A stretch of DNA of 64,000 nt from Caecitellus pseudoparvulus (Eukaryota > Protista > Bigyra: Bicosoecida): contig CBFFRQ010000091.1 in assembly GCA_965644315.1 (NCBI GenBank), positions 79,793-143,792 of the forward strand, written 5' to 3'. Below, in pieces: positions 58,823-64,000 of the stretch (the first letter of the stretch is position 1; each line of letters begins with the position of its first letter). Position numbers and translations under genes: made by a program. The notes beneath the pieces were generated by a model. That model saw only the letters and a program-made list of their open reading frames with translations. It was not told the origin of the DNA and did not search any database.

Positions 58823-59215
58823 GGTGCTTCACGGGCTCCTTGTCTTGTCGGTGCAGAGGCGCGCGTCTGGCTGGCTCGCCGACTTGCCAGGTTCTCAGGG
58901 CAGCCGCCAGCGATTGGTGTGCGGGGCAATACCAGTGACGGTCACGCAAACAGGCAACACTGATGCGAAGTCGTGATGGCCAGTCGGGGACAGGCTGCAA
59001 TCGTGTTTGGCCCTGTGCCGTGATTGAGACAGGCAAGCTGCAGCCAGGTTCACACGCCCAACATGCAGCAATCCCTGCTCCGACTCACTTTCATCCTCCC
59101 TCCCCACCCCACCATTTTCCAGTGTCGGACTCGTAGCTGGACACCTGTCTTGTGCAGCGCTGAGACCACCTGTCCAGCAGGCCCGCACAACACAGCGTGA
59201 CACCTGCGTTTCGCC

Positions 59216-61110
59216 ATGGCGTCAGCAGCTGCCGCCGCAAGCGGGGGCGAAAGCAGCGGTGCGTGCCTCGAGCGCCCTATGCGCGCGGCTGTCCCTGAAC
59301 AAGCACCTCCCTGTCCTCATGCAGCTGCTGTTCCCAGCGCAACTGTGATGGTGCACTCGGTGGACCTCAAAGTGCGCTGCCAACAGCTGGCCAAGTTCAC
59401 TGCCCACCGAGCCTTTCCCGGCGCTGACCAGAAGCAGGAGCGCTCTGAGCTCATGAACAACACATGCATGCGGCAGTTTTTGGAGTTGGACTTCGCAGGG
59501 TTTCTCTCCACCATCATGCAGTACAGCGAGGCGGTGTTTGCCTCGGAATCCGACGCCAGTGCGTGCAGCGCCTGTTCCTCCCCGCCACCTGCAGTGCCGC
59601 ACACGCCCTGCGCTGCCTCGCCGCCCAGACGTCCAAGGCTTCTACGTGCTGGCCTTCTCCTTCCTGGACCAGATCAAGGAACCCACACAAGTCACTGCCA
59701 CTGTCAAGCTGCTCAAGGACAGCATCACCGGTGGCTCCGGCAAGGTCGCCCTGCGCCTGAACATGTGAGTGGTGTGTCTGGCCTGGCCTGCATGCCCGCC
59801 GGCACTCCACACACCGCCCCCCGCCCACAGCCTGGCCGACCTGTACAACGTCTTGGCTGACGGGAGCCAGGACAAGTTCGAGGCCTTCCTCGCCGTCATC
59901 AACTTCGCCGCCTCCACACAGCAGGTGGACGTGCTGCTGCCCTTCCTGGGCAACGCGGATGCCTACGCCGCCAAGCATAGCCTGACCCCTGCACAGCTGC
60001 GGGAGCTGCTGCAGACCATCGCTGCTGCGCTGGACGGCGCAGGGCACGTGGACGTCGCCCAGCAGTACCGCATCCAGTTCCTCGGCACCTTCCAGGGCGA
60101 GCCCGCCGACGTGCTGGCCCAAGCCAAGGACGCCGCCGTCACGGCAGCCCTCGGCTACTTCAAGGCGCCCGTCGTGTCCCAGAAGTCCAACCTGCCCACC
60201 CTCGACGCAGTACGTGCCGGCCCTCGCCTCCGCAGTGCCACCGCCGCCCTGTGACCTCCCATCGCGGTGAACGCATGCATCGCTTTGTATCCGTACACGG
60301 CACGCCGCTGGGCGGCCGGGTGGCTGCCCAGCGCCCTGACGACTCAATTTTCTCGCTGAGGGCATGCTCTGCCTCCCGGGTGGGCGTGCGCTCGCGATGG
60401 CTGCCCCACTGTACGCCCACACGCCCCCCCCCGCCACAGGTGACTGCGCTGAAGAGCGACTCTGAGACTTCCCGAGTGTACGAGCTGCTGCATGTGTTTG
60501 CTGCCGGGCGGGTGGAGGACTACGCCGCCTTCGTCGGGGCAGGCGACAACAAGGCCTGGATGACCAGCCTGGGTGTGGACCCGGTGGAGTCAGAAGCCAC
60601 TGTGCGCCTCCTGACGCTGTCTTCCCTCGCCTCGGCCAGCCACACACTGGCGTACGCCGACGTCGCTGAAGCACTGCAGGTACGTGCCCTGTGCATAGCG
60701 GTCGCCGCTTCGCCACGCGGTTGATGACAAACATTCCTCGTTTCTGAGGGGGGGTGCCCGCAAAGCACCCTCTCGTCTGAAGTTGCATTTTTAGTCTGAC
60801 GCACGGCACAGCCAGCCCTGGCAGGACGCAGCCCGGCACTTTGCACCCCCGCTGCACCACACCTTGCCCTGCCTGCCCACAGGTGCCAGTGACCGACGTG
60901 GAGAGCTGGGTCGTGCGCGGCGTCGGCCGTGGGCTGCTGGATGCCAAGTGCAGCCAAGAGACACAAACCATCACCATTAGCCGAAGCACGACACGAGAGT
61001 TCGGGCCCGCCCAGTGGCAGGCCCTGCAGACCAAGCTGAACACGTGGCGCAGCAACATCGACGGCGTGTTGCAGCGCCTGCGCTCTGCTCGTGTGGAGAG
61101 CACCATGTGA
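59216..61110 (+). CDS. EIF3M: Eukaryotic translation initiation factor 3 subunit M (multi-exon, PCI domain)
   Basis: LRLNM|LADLYNVL, YELLHVFAAG, VRLLTLSSLA, LAYADVAEALQ|VPVTDVESWVV..GLLDAK, STTREFGPAQWQALQTKLNTWRSN. Confidence 0.85.
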
Positions 61111-61146
61111 AAGCCCTCGGGTTGAATGCAGCGTCAGACATTGCCG

Positions 61147-61461
61147 TCACCCGTCCTTCCACTGCCCCTCCGCCTCCTGCTGCAGCGTGGACAGCTGAAT
61201 GACCTGCTCGTCGCTCAAGGCAGCCCGCTCAGATTCGCTGAGGTCCCGCCCCACTTGCCCCGCATTTAGCTCCTGCAGGTACTCCGTCCATCCCGCCATG
61301 AAGGCTGGCACGAACTCCGGCTTGGCGTCCTTGTGCTTGCGGAATTCGTCCCTGACGTAGGCATCCCCCAGCTGCCGCATCTCATGCGGCAGCACTCGCC
61401 TGTGGCACCGGAGGATGCCTCGGTACAGCGTCAGTACTTGTGTTCGTCCGATGTTTGCCAT
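61147..61461 (-). CDS. SDHAF3: Succinate dehydrogenase assembly factor 3 (ACN9, LYR family)
   Basis: LYRGILRCHRRVLPHEMRQLGDAYVRDEFRKHK...F..W..Y, LSDEQVIQL. Confidence 0.92.
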   Translation of the reverse strand: MANIGRTQVLTLYRGILRCHRRVLPHEMRQLGDAYVRDEFRKHKDAKPEFVPAFMAGWTEYLQELNAGQVGRDLSESERAALSDEQVIQLSTLQQEAEGQWKDG

Positions 61462-61622
61462 GCTGAAGGAGGCAGTGCCCTAGCTTCCCGCTGCTTCACG
61501 GTCCGGCGAGACGGCAGGCAGCGGCACGGCTGCTGAGCCAGTGACGCAATGCCAGTCAAATCAAACTCCGACGAGAAAGTCTGGCATAAGGCGGTGGGAG
61601 AAGGAGGTACTTGGCTGGCCTC

Positions 61623-62783
61623 ATGGCTGGGGTTTGGCAGACGCCGGACGATGTCCTTGCCAGCGTGTGTGTGGCAGGCACGCTGACACTGGCTCTCTGC
61701 GGTACTCCCTCCAGTGCCTCTTGCTTTGCCCAGGCCGGCCCAGCTTCGTGGCGCAGCACACCCCAGCAGTGTTGTGACTGTCTGCAAGACATGGTCTCTT
61801 GCTTTCACGAACAGCGGCCAGATCTTCGTGTCGCCATCGCTGGGGGCGCGAGCCAGCCACGCAGCCTCAGCAGCTTGCTGCCTGACTCCTGGCAAGCATG
61901 GCAGAGCCACAAGACGCTCACCTGCGCCGTGCAGCGCCGGGTCCCAGACAGCGAAGTGTGGGTGGACATCAAGCGGTTCTCCCTGGCACAGGATCCTCCA
62001 GGGGACCTGCCGCTCGTGCACATGCTTGCTGCTGCACTGGCCGCCGCCCGGCAGCAGGCGCGGCAGTTGGCCGACGCAACAGCTCGCTTGGCAGAGGAAA
62101 GCGCCACCGCTGCGGCCGCGGCTATTGAAAAAGCTGACCAACGCGGTCAGACGCAGCAGGCGCTGCTGCTGCTGCTGCACCACCTTCACCAGGAGTACAC
62201 GAAGAGTGTGGCTGCTTCCCACCCCCTGCCAGGACCAGCGGCTTCCGCTCCCAGCCAAGGGCAGCGCTCAACGCAGCAGGCGCTAGTTGACAGTGCCGAT
62301 GAGAGCGATGAGTCTGATGGACCTGCCCTGAGCGCGCCCGCTCGAGCTGGCGAGGGGGGGGGCGATGTCGTGGCACAGCACACGCTGAGCATGTTCTCGC
62401 AGAGCACGGTGGAGGCTAGGCACTCCACCCAAGCGCAGGCGCCCCTGCCTGAGACGGAAGCAATGCCGGACCATGCTGCTTCCATGACCTCCACGACGCC
62501 GTCCCTTGCATCGGCTCTTGGCCTCAGGCGTGCCACTGTCGAGTCCGGCACCGTATCGCTGAGCACTTCCCTCCACGACCTCACCTCGTCACTGCCCTCC
62601 CCCACTCCTCCACAAGGTAGTGGTGGTACCCGCCAGCTGGGCGGTGCCAAGCGTCCCCGTGGGCCAGAGGAGGACTACGTCGGTGCATTGCCGAAGAATG
62701 CGCGTCGCGACGCGGTGCCAGGTGGTGCGGTGGCTGGTGGAGCGGCTGTGCTCGCAGTTCGACGCCGCCGCGCACGACGCTGA
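61623..62783 (+). CDS. Hypothetical protein, possibly XRCC4/XLF-superfamily-like
   Basis: Beta-rich head, coiled coil (MLAAALAAARQQARQLADATARL...LLHHLHQEY), acidic DSADESDESD, basic C-terminus. Architecture only. Confidence 0.4.
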   Translation: MAGVWQTPDDVLASVCVAGTLTLALCGTPSSASCFAQAGPASWRSTPQQCCDCLQDMVSCFHEQRPDLRVAIAGGASQPRSLSSLLPDSWQAWQSHKTLTCAVQRRVPDSEVWVDIKRFSLAQDPPGDLPLVHMLAAALAAARQQARQLADATARLAEESATAAAAAIEKADQRGQTQQALLLLLHHLHQEYTKSVAASHPLPGPAASAPSQGQRSTQQALVDSADESDESDGPALSAPARAGEGGGDVVAQHTLSMFSQSTVEARHSTQAQAPLPETEAMPDHAASMTSTTPSLASALGLRRATVESGTVSLSTSLHDLTSSLPSPTPPQGSGGTRQLGGAKRPRGPEEDYVGALPKNARRDAVPGGAVAGGAAVLAVRRRRARR

Positions 62784-62794
62784 GCTTGACGCCC

Positions 62795-64000
62795 TCAGTA
62801 CTGGACCACGCGATCCTGCCCGAGCATGTCTAGGACGGCGCGGATCAGGCGGGGCTTGACCCACAGCAAGCTGCTGGGGGGGTGCAGTGCCGGGCGGGCG
62901 TCCCACTCTTGCCGCACGAGGGACTTGCTGCCGCCAGGCACGGGCAGCTGCAGGGCGCTGTGGAGGCTACGGCGATGCCCGGCCACTGCGCTTTCCAAAC
63001 CCCGGACACTTCCCTGCGTTGGCCCGCCCGGTGCGGAGTGCATCCGTGAAGGTTTGCGGTTGTGTTGCTCGGGAGCTGTGCTTGGGGGGCCGCCTTGTAA
63101 TGCCTGGCCACCCTGCGCCGGGTCCTCGGCGCCAGGTGGGGGCAAAAAGCGTGGCGTTTCAATCCCGCCTGCGTTGTGTGCTGCCACGTTGGCCGTGGTC
63201 AAGCCCTGCCGTGACGCCGCTTCACCGGCCTCGCTTGCGCCCCTCGCCAACTGCTCAGGGGCATCCTCGCCAGCAGTGATGGCTGGCAGGCCTGTGGGTG
63301 ACGGCAGTCCGCCTGCGGACCACTCTGACCGAGAGCTTGCGGGGGGCGATGTGCCTGCTTTGGACCCAGACACGTCAGCAGCCAGCCCTACGCCGTCGGT
63401 GCGCATGGGGGACGACATCCTTAAAACTGCCATGTTCAGGCGGGGAACAGTGGGGGAAGTAGGCAGACTGCGAGTGGAGTGGTGCCGCAGAGGCGAAGAG
63501 CGCTGCCTGGAGGGCGGAGGCGTGCTCTCGAAGGCACCCCCCGCTGTAGCAATGCGCAGCGCGTCAGCAAGGGACAGTGGTGGAGCCCCGAAACCGCTGT
63601 CGAAGACAGACGTAGCTGCAGCCGACGGCGCGGCAGTTGTGACTCCGGAACGCCGAGCCACCTCGCGCTGAGAGAGCCGGGAGGGCGGCGCGGTCGCTGT
63701 GCCAGCATCTTCAAAAGTCCCGCCGTACTTGTACTCGTCGTAGTATCGGGTGTTAACTGCACTGCGCTCGGCATGTCCAGCCCGCTGACGCAGACCTTGC
63801 ATGGTGGCGGAGACATTCGCATGGAGCCGAGCCCGCCCTTGGCCGATGCCCCCGAGCAACGACGAAAGCTCCCCAATGGACAAGTCTGCACTTGTCACGC
63901 TTGCGAGGGATGCCTCTGTGTGGATGCTCTGCTGTGTGTGCAGCGCTGACCTGGGCGCACGCAGTGCTGCCACGTGGAAGCCGCGGCTTGGGGTGCCCAG
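62795..64000 (-). CDS. Hypothetical Ser/Pro-rich protein, 5' end probably outside the window
   Basis: 392-codon ORF reaching close to the window edge; ends 11 nt from the convergent neighbour. Confidence 0.5.
   Translation of the reverse strand: MGTPSRGFHVAALRAPRSALHTQQSIHTEASLASVTSADLSIGELSSLLGGIGQGRARLHANVSATMQGLRQRAGHAERSAVNTRYYDEYKYGGTFEDAGTATAPPSRLSQREVARRSGVTTAAPSAAATSVFDSGFGAPPLSLADALRIATAGGAFESTPPPSRQRSSPLRHHSTRSLPTSPTVPRLNMAVLRMSSPMRTDGVGLAADVSGSKAGTSPPASSRSEWSAGGLPSPTGLPAITAGEDAPEQLARGASEAGEAASRQGLTTANVAAHNAGGIETPRFLPPPGAEDPAQGGQALQGGPPSTAPEQHNRKPSRMHSAPGGPTQGSVRGLESAVAGHRRSLHSALQLPVPGGSKSLVRQEWDARPALHPPSSLLWVKPRLIRAVLDMLGQDRVVQY

Overview
A gene-dense, GC-rich (roughly 65-70% by eye) nuclear segment of a unicellular eukaryote. 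It has short GT-AG spliceosomal introns (about 40-260 nt, donors GTGCGT/GTGAG) and many intergenic gaps under 200 nt. A stramenopile-like heterotroph is my guess, not established. About 25 protein genes are visible. Recognisable ones are an HSD17B7-type 3-ketosteroid reductase, an HMG-box-fused ISWI remodeller, eIF5, VPS50, a RAD6/UBE2A-type E2, CCT8, PheRS alpha, a NUDT6-like Nudix hydrolase, an MGAT4/GT54-like glycosyltransferase, a GRAM-VASt-VASt sterol transporter, AP-3 sigma, eIF3m and SDHAF3. A ~10 kb gene carries two coding tandem arrays (60 bp and ~378 bp, the latter SAM-like). Most notable: (1) a lower-GC ~6.5 kb island holding a spliced Crinkler/RHS-type P-loop NTPase + restriction-endonuclease-fold gene whose first exon looks like a mitochondrial presequence; (2) a recurrent AATGCA motif just downstream of stop codons that becomes a palindrome at convergent gene junctions, a candidate bidirectional poly(A) signal; (3) small genes visible only after splicing or motif reading (GON7-like, MPLKIP-like, XRCC4-like). 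No rRNA, tRNA or CRISPR array was recognised. All family calls come from remembered motifs; no database search was run.
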